Origin: Moniliella sp. 'wahieum'
Lineage: Eukaryota
Length of the DNA stretch: 64,000 nucleotides
Reading direction: 5' to 3'
NCBI GenBank assembly: GCA_003971905.1
Contig: RSEE01000049.1
Span: 248,001 to 312,000 of the forward strand
Shown one piece after another: positions 23,300 to 35,729 of the stretch. The first letter of the stretch is position 1. Each line of letters starts with the position of its first letter. The notes under the pieces were generated by a model that made no database searches, was not told where the DNA came from, and saw only the letters and a list, made by a program, of their open reading frames with translations. The translations under genes were made by a program, and so were the position numbers.

Positions 23300-23930
23300 C
23301 AAGCGGAGGAAAGTGAATAGAACACCAGAAGTACCACAGGGACGCACTCAAGATTCTTTCTTACTGCAACGGACTCTGCCTGGATGTGGAGCACCTGCAG
23401 GCCTCTGCAACCAGTGGCGATCGATTGACAGCTACCGATACGAGATGCTCCGACGCTGCATCGTCAACGTTCAACTTTGCCCGACACTTCTGGCCACTGA
23501 GGCAGAGGCCGAGCCCTTCACCAAACAGTAGCGCCCCGGACACTACGACCGCACCGCGCGCCGACATCAAATTGACAGGCACCGGTGCATCCAAAGATGC
23601 TTCGACATTGTACGACCTGACGTTTTGATCCTCCAGGAACAAGACGCGCGAGGGATACATGAGTCGCGTTCGGTAGCAGCTCGCCGCCACCACGTAAGTG
23701 CCCGAGCTGTGCAGGAAGGAGATGGACGTTTTTATCGACACGGCAGCCAAAGCCGTACGACATTATACTGTTACAGGTGCTTTTGTGTGCCCTTGGTCTT
23801 CACCACAGGCGGCTACGCCCACGGGGAAGTCACGTTGCTTTAGTGCACTGGAAGGGGAATGCGAGCGCCGGTTCCTGCCGCACGTTCACTGTCCTCTTTT
23901 TTTTCGTCCTGGCTCTTGCGTGTGAGGTGT
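23300..23930 (+). mobile_element. Second CRE/RLE-type non-LTR relic
   Basis: Degenerate translation: LQRTLPGCG..GLC...RYEMLR, RADIKLTG...LYDLT, KAVRHY, VPLVFTTGG. Same motif order as the minus-strand relic; boundaries approximate. Confidence 0.6.
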
Positions 23931-25854
23931 TCATTGAAGAAGGCATGTGACCACCTCCTCCAACCGCGCCATCCCAATATATTGCGTGCAGGGAGCGATG
24001 TTGGTGTGACCCCGCTCGGCATAAGCGCTAAGCGCTAAGCCAGATGGCGTACACCCCATCCCTCGTAGTGCTCCCTTCTGAGTCTTCCTTCCACTTGGCG
24101 ATATATGACAATGGCATGCGGATGATTTCGATGATTAATACCGTAATGATTAGCCCGGTGTTCGTTTTTGACCGCTGTAGCAGGAACCGCCTGAGAGGCA
24201 GCGACCCTATATATGGCTACCAGCCCCCCCAATAGGAGGCGAGGCCGCAGGCCCTGAGTTCCTACTAGTTATGAGTGTACTCTTTGAGTGGGTGCAGGTT
24301 GCAACAGACAAACGGTCTGGTCCATGTCGTGCTCCTCGACTACATGATGCTTGAGCTTGAGGCCGAGGCTAGCTCTTGACCTTAAGCTCAAGTAGCATGA
24401 GCGCATGAGCGCCCCGAGCGCATGAGCCTGATGGGCCTGATATATCTGAATGGACTTCCCGAGCGCCCAAAGCCATAAGGCTGTCGCCGAAATCCTCAAT
24501 ACACTTGCCTACTGCCCCGTCATACGTCACGCGTCACTAGCCCCGTGTCAATGTCATGCATGAATCAGGCCCGTGTATCACATGCTGTCACACATTACAT
24601 CGTACAAGCCGCGGCTATCACACACGCCGTCCCATGTCCCAGCAGACGGAATGGGCTGTGGCCCAGCGGCGATTCCAGGTACCTGGGCTGCTTCCCCACA
24701 TCCTGCAGTCGATCACCTTCTTGTTCCGGCCTGCCGCCCGCGTTCCTGGCCAGCAGAGGCTCCTGGGTCCTGCCTGCCTTGCCACTCATTACACTCGGAC
24801 TGTGGCCGGCTGAGGCCTTGCCGGTGCTTGTGACCCCGCTTGGTGATATTGATATCCGAAGGATGGTGGCTTCAGCATGCAAAAAGAGGGGCTAGTACGA
24901 TGGCCACAAGTCTTGCATAGGCGCACCGCAACAATGGCCGCTCTTGCCGAGAGGGTGCCAACGATTGAAGAGCCTCAGCCAGCGCTGAGCATGCTGAGCG
25001 CAGCGCTAACACGTATGTCTCTCCTGCGAATCTCAGATCTCACACACTTCCTAACTAAACTGACAGGCTGAGGTGCGCTGCGCCGCGCGGCTCAAAATCG
25101 AGAGCCGCGAAGTGTGGCCAGCAGTGTATACGCGAGGGATCGCACTGACTGTCACATCGCAGATCGTACTACAAGCAGCGAACGATTTCTTCCAGTTATA
25201 CAGATGGAGGCGACTGTGGTAGTGACACGTAGTAATGCCTAATGAAATGGCCCTTTCTCTTTCTCCATGGTGCATGGATCCCCTTCCTCCACTGTGCCAT
25301 GGATTCTTCCATCAATATATCAGCAAGGGATTACTATTGGCTGGCTGTTCCCTCAGAACCCAATGCTTCTTACCAACAAACCCTGTTGTCGCACTAGACG
25401 CTCTATTTCGTTGAGCCGGCCGGCACATTATATAGATGCACAGATCTCGGGCATGAGAGCGGTCTTGCTTTTGGCACAACTGTGCGAGCCCGAACGGCCG
25501 AGCTTCTCCGGCAGCCGATCCATCAGGGATTCTGGGCTGCGAAATAGGAGAAGCAGGATGGCGCATGGAATTATGTAGGTACACAGACAGTAGCTGCATA
25601 GTGGATCCACAACACACCGTGCGGCGTTTGTCAACAAAGGTACACATGTGTAACTGAGCAGCTCGCGCTCACTAACGCTCTGGTATCATAGATCACTAGT
25701 GCCGATCCCTGATGCCGATACCGCCGCAATTGGGTCACATGCCAGCCGAAGGCACCTACTGCCCTTCTGCCATCGTGTGCCGTGAAGAAAGATTTGGGAT
25801 TTCATGCCTTCATGACTGTGGCTTTCTTAGTTCTGTCCCAACAAGTATACCCTC

Positions 25855-25862
25855 TATATAAA
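25855..25862 (+). promoter_or_regulatory. TATA box of the lipase gene
   Basis: TATATAAA ~130 nt upstream of ATG 25987, followed by a CT-rich leader. Confidence 0.55.
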
Positions 25863-25986
25863 TATCAATGAAGCAGGCATGCGGTCAGCCAGCAACCACC
25901 CTTCCTTTTCCCTCCCCTCTCTCTTGCTACTGTCCCACCATCCATCCACACTCTTTTTTCTACACGCTCTCTCTCTCTCTCTCAGC

Positions 25987-27531
25987 ATGAAGTTTACCTT
26001 CTCCTTGTCCCTGGTAGGGGCAGCAGCGATCTTGGCGACCTTGACGGGCAACGGCGTTGAAGCTGCCTCGAACCGCCATGGGCTGTCTCGTCAACACCGT
26101 CAGCTCTTCGCTCGGGACTTCCCCCCTCCCCTCCAAGACCCGTTCTACCGTGCACCCCACAACCTGACCAAGTACAAGCCTGGTGAGGTGATCGCGATGC
26201 GCCAAATCACGCCTGGCATGAAAGGTCTTCACAATGTGGGAGAAAGTTACCAGATCCACTTCCGTACAACCAATGCTGAGGGCCATGCTTCTTCGTCTGT
26301 CACCACTGTCATCCAACCGGCCCACGGTGGTAAGCAGAAGATGCTTTCCTACCACTTGTGGGAAGATGCGACCCAGCGCAACTGCGCACCTTCGTACACC
26401 GTTTTGGAGGGCGCCAATGCTCCCAACGTGATGGTTGTTGGTACGTGTGACTTGCTTACTACTGGTGATGAACCGAGAACGCTCAATGGACTACAACTGA
26501 CTTTTGTGAATCAATAAACAGGTGAGGATGTGCCCATCTGGTTTAACTTTTTGCTTCTGAACGGCGTCAGCGTGGTGGTTCCGGATTACGAGGGGCCTAA
26601 GTCAGCACTCTTCGCTGGTTTCACTGCGGGCTACATCATTCTCGACTCGGCGCGCGCTGTCCGGAACGCTCTCCAGTGGAACGATGACGCTGAGGTTGCC
26701 ATGACTGGATACTCTGAGGGTGCGCATGTAACTGCTTGGGCTGCCAACCTGTCGCCGAGTTATGCACCGGACCTCAACATTGTTGGCGTGACTCACGGTG
26801 GCACCCCCATCGACATGGAGCTCACCCTCAAGCACTTTGACGGTACCTCTTTCTCCGGATTCACCATTGGTGGTATCCACGGTATGAACGTGGCGTACAA
26901 GTCCTTCAAGGAGGCAATGGAACAGTACGGTGGTGACGAGATCCGTTCCGACTTGAAGATTATCACCAAGCCGCCTACTTGCCACTCCATCCTCCGTGGT
27001 CCTGACTTTGCCGGCAAGTCCTACTTGAACATGATTCAACCCCCTGGCAACATCAGTGTCTTCGACTGGGAGCCGTTCCGCTACGTCCTGGACCGCGAGA
27101 CGCTCTGGAACAATAAGTCCTCCGTCGGAGTCGGTTACCCCAAGTTCCCTCGCATGATCTACCAGGGATCGCACGACGATGTAATCAGCTTCGCTGCTGT
27201 CGAAGCCTACGTCAAGCAACAGTGTGCCAACGGTGCGGACATTCAGTTTAATGTGTACACAGCCTACGCCCACACCGCTCCCGAAGTTGTCATTGGCGGC
27301 GACCTCAACGCAATGCGCTTTATCCTGGAGGTCTTTAACCTGAACGGTCATACCCTTCTCAAGCTTCCGTGCGGCGAGCCCACGCCTTCTCTCCTCAACA
27401 TCGGGACCTGGACGGTGGATACCATTTTGGGCCCCAACGTTACTGACTCGTTCCAGCAACTGTTTGACCAGGTTGGCACCTTTGCTAACATTGGTTTCGG
27501 TCCCCATGTCAACAAGACGAACCGTGTTTAA
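25987..27531 (+). CDS. Secreted lipase, CalA/Candida LIP family
   Basis: Signal peptide MKFTFSLSLVGAAAILATL; PPLQDPFY, WEDA...CAPSY, VVVPDYEGPKS, nucleophile GYSEG, HGGTP, PKFPR.IYQG.HDDVI (Asp), AHT (His). Intron 26441-26521 restores the frame; no indels seen. Confidence 0.93.
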
Positions 27532-28589
27532 GTGCATTTTCTCTTCTGGCGGTTCCAGGGCGGCAGGCCCGCTTGAAAGTTATGATTCGCCAGTTTTTTG
27601 CATATGGACACGGCCTGTTTAGTACTCCTAGGTTTTCAGATAGACAAACGTCACTCATCCTATACACCAGTCCTTGCTTTTTTCCCAAGTCTCGCCGTAG
27701 CTCTTGAACGATAACCTATGGGAGCCTTAGACCTGAAGGAAACCTCTGAGTCACTCAGATATTGGAGCGACACGCTGGCATCGAAGAGACGCACTCTGTC
27801 ACGGGCAAAGACGAACTGGTAAGCCCGACGGAGCCTATGCCCGCCCTTCGCCTTCCTAACCCCATACCCAGGTTGGTCATGGGGTTAGATTCGATCCGAT
27901 CCGATATCAGCTGAGGCCTGAGACCTGAGACCTGTCCGCTCTACCCAACAATAGAGCATGCTCCCAGATTCAACTCACTCACTAGATGCACCTCCAGCTT
28001 CCATCCTCAGTTCTCACAGTTCCTCAACAGCCCACCCCGTCCACGTGTGCCTCCCACGTGCCACGTCGAAGTCCAACTCGGTTCAGCCGCGTGTGATCCC
28101 GCCTACAGCCACACCGCCCCAGTTCATTATCGCAGAATTGTTGCTACGTGGCTGGCTAGGTCTTTTTCAGTTAGCTTACCTACTCAGAAGGTTTTCTTTT
28201 CTTCTTGTAACAACGCCTGTATTTGCCTTACCACCATCTGTATCCCGCTCCCGCTTATACTCGAAACTCCTTCTCTCTCTCTCCGCTGTATTCGCTGTCT
28301 GGATCGTAGAGACTATTGTGTCTCGCTTGCGTTCTGGCATACTTGCGTCGCTATATAGAATCGTACCGGTACCGACAGAGTATATACGCCGCGGATGGCG
28401 CGATGGACAACCGAACAATCTGTGAGTTCTATGTGTTGACCATAGTAATATAAGGAGTACTCCGTGCTATATACTGGTTCTGGTTCTGGGTGTGGCTTGC
28501 TTGTCTTCTGTAGATCGATGGTCTCGCTCGCTGGCCGCTGGCCCACCCCGTGGTTACGTAGCGCGTCACTTGACACTGGCATGTGTGAC

Positions 28590-28830
28590 TGACATCCGGT
28601 TATTATGACACAAGAACATGTCCCCGTTTGCTTCTCCCGTGACCTTCCCCTCGTCCTTACTACGCGCTTCACGAAGTCGGGAAGGATGGAAAGGGAAGGA
28701 AGGATGGACCCGTGGAGAGCACTGCACAGGTGGGCGATGTCCAACGACAAGACGCTTCCGTCGCGTCATCGATTATCCACTGAAGGGGTCTTGTTTTCAA
28801 TTGGGCAAACGAAGACCGTTGCTGGTTACC
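28590..28830 (+). mobile_element. Short CRE/RLE non-LTR 3' relic
   Basis: LPLVLTT...GRME...ALHRW resembles the PLVLTTRG...HW segment of the other relics. Confidence 0.4.
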
Positions 28831-29872
28831 AGGAAGCTGGACCGAAATCCTGCATCTATTCTACTCTGACCACAATGGTCAATGATCGTTGTGTGGTCCC
28901 CGGGGCTCTCGCCATGCCTTCAACTTGTAGTCTCGCCGACTGTGTGGCCGAAGAGTGTGTGGCGACGTGACGCATGGTTTTTGAGATATGGTGACGCGTC
29001 CATGGCAGGGCGTTAATGCTACCGGTCAACTGGTAACTCGTAAACGGGAATCTCGAGTGCGCCCCTTAGGCCTTACGAGATATAGATGTCGCCTTTCAGA
29101 CCACCGCGACCACAACGACCAGATTGATCCTGAATGCAGAAGCTCTCTTGAGCTTGCTTGAAGTTCAAGCGCTTGATCTTGACCTTTGGAGGCTTGGAAC
29201 TTGACGTTTGCTGCCAAAGGTATATGTTGAAGCTTGAATATCGAATGCCCATTCGGCACCTGAGCGGCCCGAGCAGCCTCATCAGGAAGACCCCCAATAT
29301 GGTATGCATGATATATGTATCAGTGTTAAGGCATGTGTTCACAGTACGTTTAGTTTAAGCCGAACTGTGATCTTATGATAACAACAGTAGCTCTCCTTAG
29401 TATCGTTGAATTATACTTTCTCCCCCAGAAGAAAAAAAGCATGATGACGATGACACATCTAATGAGTCGAAACACCCTATAAAGGTCCCGGGTAGTCCCG
29501 AGAGAGAAACTCTCCACTCGGAGCACTGAGGACTGTGTACCTCCATGCCAGTCGCGCCTCACGCGGCGCCAGGGCCCAAAAACCCCTGTTTTGCATGTAA
29601 CCGCCGGAGGGAGGGGGTCTGTCCTAAGGCTTAGACTTATGGCCTAATGCGTAATGCGTAATGGCTCTTCCTATGTGGAAGACAGAAAGCAGAAAGAGTG
29701 CGGCCTGGTACAGCGCGTATAAGCCCGATATCGGAGAACAGGAAACCGATGCTGCCCCCTATGGATTAAACTGTGCGTCGTTAGTCATTTTGTCGAGAGT
29801 CATTTAACCTTTTAACACCGCACCTAGTTTTGCTGGCGTGAGAGCTGGGAATGCACAGGTGTCACATATACC

Positions 29873-30000
29873 AAGCTTCAAGCTTCAAGCTTCAAGCTCT
29901 TAGGCTTCAAAAGCTTGAAGACCACACTCATACTCAGTACTCAACCGTTGAGTGTTCAACCTGAGTCTGAGTACACTGAGTACTGAGTCTGAGCACTGAA
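29873..30000. repeat. Palindromic heptamer array (AAGCTT-C)x3-4 followed by AGTACT/CTGAG degenerate units
   Basis: AAGCTT at 29873, 29880 and 29887; downstream tactcagtactc and ctgagtactgag. Confidence 0.8.
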
Positions 30001-30808
30001 TTTACACACACTTATACATATGCACGCCACAGCTCGTCCAAAAGACACAGTAAGTCTGCATAATCTGATGGACATCGGGGCCAGCCGGAAGCCATAGTAC
30101 TGGTAGAGAGTAGGCGAGGATGACGCACACCGTCATCCCCTCCGGCTTTGTTGATTAATGATTCCCCCAGGTGTTTCGTTGGTGGCAGCGCTGGACTTGG
30201 AGACAGGGTTTGAAATGCTGACAGGGGTGTAGACTGGGGCTTTTGGCCGAGAACGCCATGAAAAGACACCAGGCCAATCCAACGGCCAGCTCTGAGATGC
30301 GACACCCCCCCTCTCCTCTTGTTTTCTTCCCATGTGGAGGCACCACTCCTCAACGGCTGGGAACGGTGAATGTGGTGGGGGATTGTTTCTGGTAGGAGGC
30401 ACTGGTACTGGCGGCTAGGGATTCTGGTTGCTAGGGGCGTGGGATCTGGGAAGCGCGCGTGCGCGGTGGCACGCACCCGCGTGACACTGCCCCGGCCGAG
30501 GTGTTGTTCTCGTGTGTCTCGGCGCGCCAAAAATTCAGGGGGAGCGGAATGCAGCGCCGTGCCCTCCCGCCCTTCCGCGATCGCCTCGATCACTCGGCCC
30601 GACACCCGCCTGCCCAGACGTTCGCCAGGCTCCGCACGTCGCTCGCTGGTCTCTCGACGCCATAGGCACTATGCATGCATGCCCGCCGATGCTTCCCTCA
30701 CGCTCGACGCCGTAGGTCCTCCTCCTCCTCCTCACCCCCACCACCCCCACCACCCCACCACCTGCTCCCCCCCCCCGCTTTTACCCCATACCCCATACCC
30801 CGCACCCA

Positions 30809-33800
30809 ATGGGCATCATCTCCCGCATTTGGCACCGCGCCACCGCCAGCCAATCGTCCGGCCCCGCCCCGTCCGAGGCGGCCGCGCCGACCGACGCCCT
30901 ACCTGCCTCCGTCACCACGCCCGCACCGTCCGAGTCCGCATACGAAGAAGCCCGCACTGGCTCGTCCGATGTGCCCTCCGACCCCCCGCCGCTGCTTCGA
31001 CCCATACCAACTCCGTCGCGTCGAGCGTGCGCGGCCAGGACGGGCCGAACCAGTCAGGTTCTGAAGGAGCCGCGGAACCGACGGGAAAGAAACGTGGCCA
31101 TGCAGCCACGAGCAGCATCAGTCGTCTGATGCACCGTGCTTTGGCTCCGTCCAAGGCCAAGGAAACCCTCACTTCGGCGGCGGCTGTCGTGCCGGAGGAC
31201 ACAGAACAGGCTCACTCGTCGGAAGACAGTCCGATCAAACGTCATGAGAGTGCACACGACGACCTTGCTCGCCTCTTGGCCCAGTACGTACCTTCTTCCC
31301 TTCCCCCTGTCCCGGGTGACGATGACAAACGAATTAACGTTGAACACCCCCTGGTCCAGAGATCATGCGCACCCGTCCACCTCGACCGAGGCCGAGGCAG
31401 CAGAACCTGATCCGGCCAACTCGGAAACCAACAACGAACAAAACGAAGAGGAAGCCAAGCCGCTCGAGTCTGTGCCCTCCCAGCCAACCCAAGGAGTAGA
31501 GCCGACGAAGGTGCCTACCCCCGTTGAACCCGAGATTAAGATGGCGACTCCCGCCGAGACTACCACCGAGGAGCCTACCCCGGCCGAGCCCACCACCGAG
31601 GAGCCTACCCCGGCTGAGCCTGCAGCCGAAAAGCCCAGACCCGCTGAGACCACGGTGGTGGAGCCCACTCCCGCCGAGCCTGCCGCTGAGGAGTCCGCGG
31701 CCGTCGAGCCCGCTGAGGAGCCGGTTACTGCCTTGGAGCCCACTGCCGCCGAGCCAGCTGCCAAAGAGGAGCCTACCCCCGCTGAACCTGCCGCCAAGGA
31801 GCCCACCCGCTGCACCTGTTGCCGAGGAGCTTACCACCGCTGAGGCCACGGTTGAGGAGCCCGCTCCTGCTGCACCTGTCGCCGAGGAGCCCACTCTCGC
31901 CGAGCCTGAGGTGAAGGTGGCGGCCCCCGCCGAGCCTGCCGCTGAGGAGCCCGCTTCCGTCGTGCCCGCTGTGGAAGAGCCGGTTGCTACCGTGGAGCCC
32001 ACTCTCGCCGAGCCTGCCGCCGAGGAGCCCACTCCCGCTGAGCCTGAGGTGAAGGAGGCCGCTCTCGCCGAGCCTGCCGCTGAGGAGCCCGCTCCCGTCG
32101 CGCCCGCTGTGGAAGAGCCGGTTGCTACCGTGGCGCCCACTCTCGCCGAGCCTGCCGCTGAGGAGCCCGCTCCCGTCGCGCCCGCTGTGGAAGAGCCGGT
32201 TGCTGCCGTGGAGCCCACTCTCGCCGAGCCTGCCGCCGAGGAGCCCACTCCTGCTGAGCCTGAGGTGAAGGAGGCCGCCCGCCGCGAGCCTGCCGCTGAG
32301 GAGCCCGCTTCCGTCGCGCCCGCTGTGGAGGAGCCGGTTGCTGCCGTGGAGCCCACTCCCGCCGAGCCTGCCGCTGAGGAGCCCACTCCCGCTGAGCCTG
32401 AGGTGAAGGAGGCCGCTCCCGCCGAGCCTGCCGCTGAGGAGCCCGCTTCCGTCGCGCCCGCTGTGGAAGAGCCGGTTGCTACCGTGGAACCCACTCCCGC
32501 TGAGCCTGAGGTGAAGGAGGCCGCTCCCGCCGAGCCTGCCGCTGAGGAGCCCGCTTCCGCCGCGCCCGCTGTGGAAGAGCGGTTGCTACCGTGGAACCCA
32601 CTCCCGTCGAGCCGAGGTGAAGGAGGCCGCTCCCGCCGCGCCTGCCGCCGAGGAGCCCACTCCCGCTGAGCCTGAGGTGAAGGAGGCCGCTCCCGCCGAG
32701 CCTGCCGCTGAGGAGCCCGCTTCCGTCGCGCCCGCTGTGGAAGAGCCGGTTGCTACCGTGGAACCCACTCCCGTCGAGCCTGAGGTGAAGGAGGCCGCTC
32801 CCGCCGAGCCTGCCGCTGAGGAGCCCACTCCCGCTGAGCCTGAGGTGAAGGAGGCCGCTCCCGCCGAGCCTGCCGCCGAGGAGCCCGCTTCCGTCGCGCC
32901 CGCTGTGGAAGAGCCGGTTGCTACCGTGGAACCCACTCCCGTCGAGCCTGAGGTGAAGGAGGCCGCTCCCGCCGCGCCTGCCGGAGGAGCCCACTCCCGC
33001 TGAGCCTGATGTGAAGGAGGCCGCTCTCGCCGAGCCTGCCGCTGAGGAGCCCGCTTCCGTCGCGCCCGCTGTGGAAGAGCCGGTTGCTACCGTGGAGCCC
33101 ACTCTCGCCGAGCCTGCCGCCGAGGAGCCCACTCCCGCTGAGCCTGAGGGTGAAGGAGGCCGCTCCCGCCGAGCCTGCCGCTGAGGAGCCCGCTTCCGTC
33201 GCGCCCGCTGTGGAAGAGCCGGTTGCTGCCGTGGAGCCCACTCTCGCCGAGCCTGCCGCCGAGGAGCCCACTCCCGCTGAGCCTGAGGTGAAGGAGGCCG
33301 CTCCCGCCGAGCCTGCCGCTGAGGAGCCCGCTTCCGCCGCGCCCGCTGTGGAAGAGCCGGTTGCTACCGTGGAACCCACTCCCGTCGAGCCTGAGGTGAA
33401 GGAGGCCGCTCCCGCCGCGCCTGCCGCCGAGGAGCCCACTCCCGCTGAGCCTGAGGTGAAGGAGGCCGCTCCCGCCGAGCCTGCCGCTGAGGAGCCCGCT
33501 TCCGTCGCGCCCGCTGTGGAAGAGCCGGTTGCTACCGTGGAACCCACTCCCGTCGAGCCTGAGGTGAAGGAGGCCGCTCCCGCCGAGCCTGCCGCTGAGG
33601 AGCCCACTCCCGCTGAGCCTGAGGTGAAGGAGGCCGCTCCCGCCGAGCCTGCCGCTGAGGAGCCCGCTTCCGCCGCGCCCGCTGTGGAAGAGCCGGTTGC
33701 TGCCGTGGAGCCCACTCTCGCCGAGCCTGCCGCCGAGGAGCCCACTTCTGTCGCGCCCGCTGTGGAGGAGCCGGTTGCTGCCGTGGAGCCCACTCTCGCC

Positions 33801-34866
33801 GAGTCTGCCGCCGAGGAGCCCACTCCCGCTGAGCCTGAGGTGAAGGAGGCCGCTCCCGCCGAGCCTGCCGCTGAGGAGCCCACTCCCGCTGAGCCTGAGG
33901 TGAAGGAGGCCGCTCCCGCCGAGCCTGCCGCTGAGGAGCCCGCTTCCGTCGCGCCCGCTGTGGAAGAGCCGGTTGCTACCGTGGAGCCCACTCTCGCCGA
34001 GCCTGCCGCCGAGGAGCCCACTCCCGCTGAGCCTGAGGTGAAGGAGGCCGCTCCCGCCGAGCCTGCCGCTGAGGAGCCCGCTTCCGTCGCGCCCGCTGTG
34101 GAAGAGCCGGTGCTACCGTGGAGCCCACTCTCGCAGAGCCTGCCGCCGAGGAGCCCACTTCTGTCGCGCCCGCTGTGGAGGAGCCGGTTGCTGCCGTGGA
34201 GCCCACTCTCGCCGAGTCTGCCGCCGAGGAGCCCACTCCCGCTGAGCCTGAGGTGAAGGAGGCCGCTCCCGCCGAGCCTGCCGCTGAGGAGCCCACTCCC
34301 GCTGAGCCTGAGGTGAAGGAGGCCGCTCCCGCCGAGCCTGCCGCTGAGGAGCCCGCTTCCGTCGCGCCCGCTGTGGAAGAGCCGGTTGCTACCGTGGAAC
34401 CCACTCCCGTCGAGCCTGAGGTGAAGGAGGCCGCTCCCGCGGAGCCTGCCGCCGAGGAGCCCACTCCCGCTGAGCCTGAGGTGAAGGAGGCCGCTCCGCC
34501 GAGCCTGCCGCCGAGGAGCCCACTTCTGTCGCGCCCGCTGTGGAAGAGCCGGTTGCTGCCGTGGAGCCCACTCTCGCCGAGCCTGCCGCTGAGGAGCCCA
34601 CTCCCGCTGAGCCTGAGGTGAAGGAGGCCGCTCCCGCCGAGCCTGCCGCTGAGGAGCCCACTCCCGCTGAGCCCACGGTTGAGGAGCCCACTCCTGCTGC
34701 GCCTGTCGCCGAGAAGCCCACTCCCGCTGCGGCCACGGTTCTGGAGTCCGCTCGCGTCGATGCCGCCCCTGAACTGTCCATCTCGGCTGAGCAGGCTCTC
34801 GAGGGCCCCGCCGCCCGTGGTGCGCTTGACGCCTCGCAGCCTGAGCCCACTGCCCCCCATCATTAG
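30809..34866 (+). CDS. Large acidic E/P/A-rich repeat protein (~1300 aa, PEVK-like); frameshifted
   Basis: ATG 30809 (MGIISRIWHR); intron 31284-31359 (GTACGT...ATTAAC...CAG; Q|DHAHPS). Five overlapping ORFs read the same repeat EPTPAEPEVKEAAPAEPAAEEPASVAPAVEEPVATV in successive frames; stop after PTAPHH. Confidence 0.8.
31550..34730 (+). repeat. Coding tandem array of ~30-nt modules forming a ~138-nt higher-order unit
   Basis: Near-identical modules gagcccactcccgctgagcctgaggtgaag / gaggccgctcccgccgagcctgccgctgag / gagcccgcttccgtcgcgcccgctgtggaa / gagccggttgctaccgtg repeated for ~3 kb. Confidence 0.95.
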
Positions 34867-35085
34867 ATGAGTGTGAGTGTGGTATATGTGTGGCCAAGGA
34901 GCCGCTTGACAAGCTGCAGTTGCTCTGAGATCTGATTTACTTCTCCCACTCCCCATGCCTGAACGTTGAACGCTAAGCCTAGGCTTCCGCTTTTGGCTAC
35001 GACCATCCCCCGTACGCCCTGATCTCTGTCCTAGAGACGGTGGATCTACTTCCCCCTTCCCCTTCTCCTTCTGATACCTATCACG

Positions 35086-35157
35086 ATGCCTGATGCCCGT
35101 TGCCTGATGCCCGATGCCTGATGCCCGATGCCTGATGCCCGATGCCTGATGCCCGAT
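35086..35157. repeat. (GATGCCT/GATGCCC) heptamer microsatellite
   Basis: Alternating tgcctga/tgcccga units, about 10 copies. Confidence 0.9.
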
Positions 35158-35450
35158 ATTTTCGCTTGACGTTTGATGCCCAAACGCTTCTTTCTTGGTT
35201 TCTGCCTTCCCTTTCTTCCCCTTCCTGCCTTTCGACGTTTAATGTCCGCCTGCCTGTGGGCTACGATTTGGTTTGTTTTTGCCGCTTGGCCCTTGCCCTT
35301 TGTCCGTGCCCTCTCTTCTCTGCCTTTGGGCGACAAAGGTAATACCTACACCACTTGAACTAACTGGTCGGATAGCAGAGAGGATGGGACCTCAGGAAAG
35401 AACGAGAAACTTCGGTTGGGAGGATCAATGAGAGTGCAAAGGTGGTACAG

Positions 35451-35541
35451 GTGATGGGGGATGGGATGGGATGGGATGGGATGGGATGGGATGGGATGGG
35501 ATGGGATGGGATGGGGTGGGATGGGATGGGATGGGATGGGG
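35451..35541. repeat. (GGATG)n pentanucleotide microsatellite
   Basis: About 16 copies of atggg. Confidence 0.95.
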
Positions 35542-35729
35542 TAGATCGACGGCGTGCCACAGCCGATCGAAATCTAGAATACAGGTGGGAGGGAGGAGGA
35601 CGGGAGGAGACAAGAAGAGCAGAAGGTGCAAATTGCAAGCACAACAAATGAGGGAGGGTATGGTATGCGGAGAAACGGAGAGGAGAAAAAAAAGTGCTGG
35701 GGGGGGGGGAAGGGGAGGAATTAGAAGCA

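Noticed and set aside
26602..27537. 311-aa antisense ORF
   Set aside because: Mirror of the codon-biased lipase gene.
27856..27888. Telomere-like CTAACCC/GGGTTAG
   Set aside because: Single units forming a hairpin, not a tandem telomeric array.
31550..34730. Long repeat array as CRISPR or non-coding satellite
   Set aside because: No unique spacers; units are multiples of 3 and encode a coherent peptide; eukaryotic context.
31334..34956. Long minus-strand G/S/A-rich ORFs
   Set aside because: Antisense shadows of the PEVK-like repeat gene, which has the ATG and intron on the + strand.
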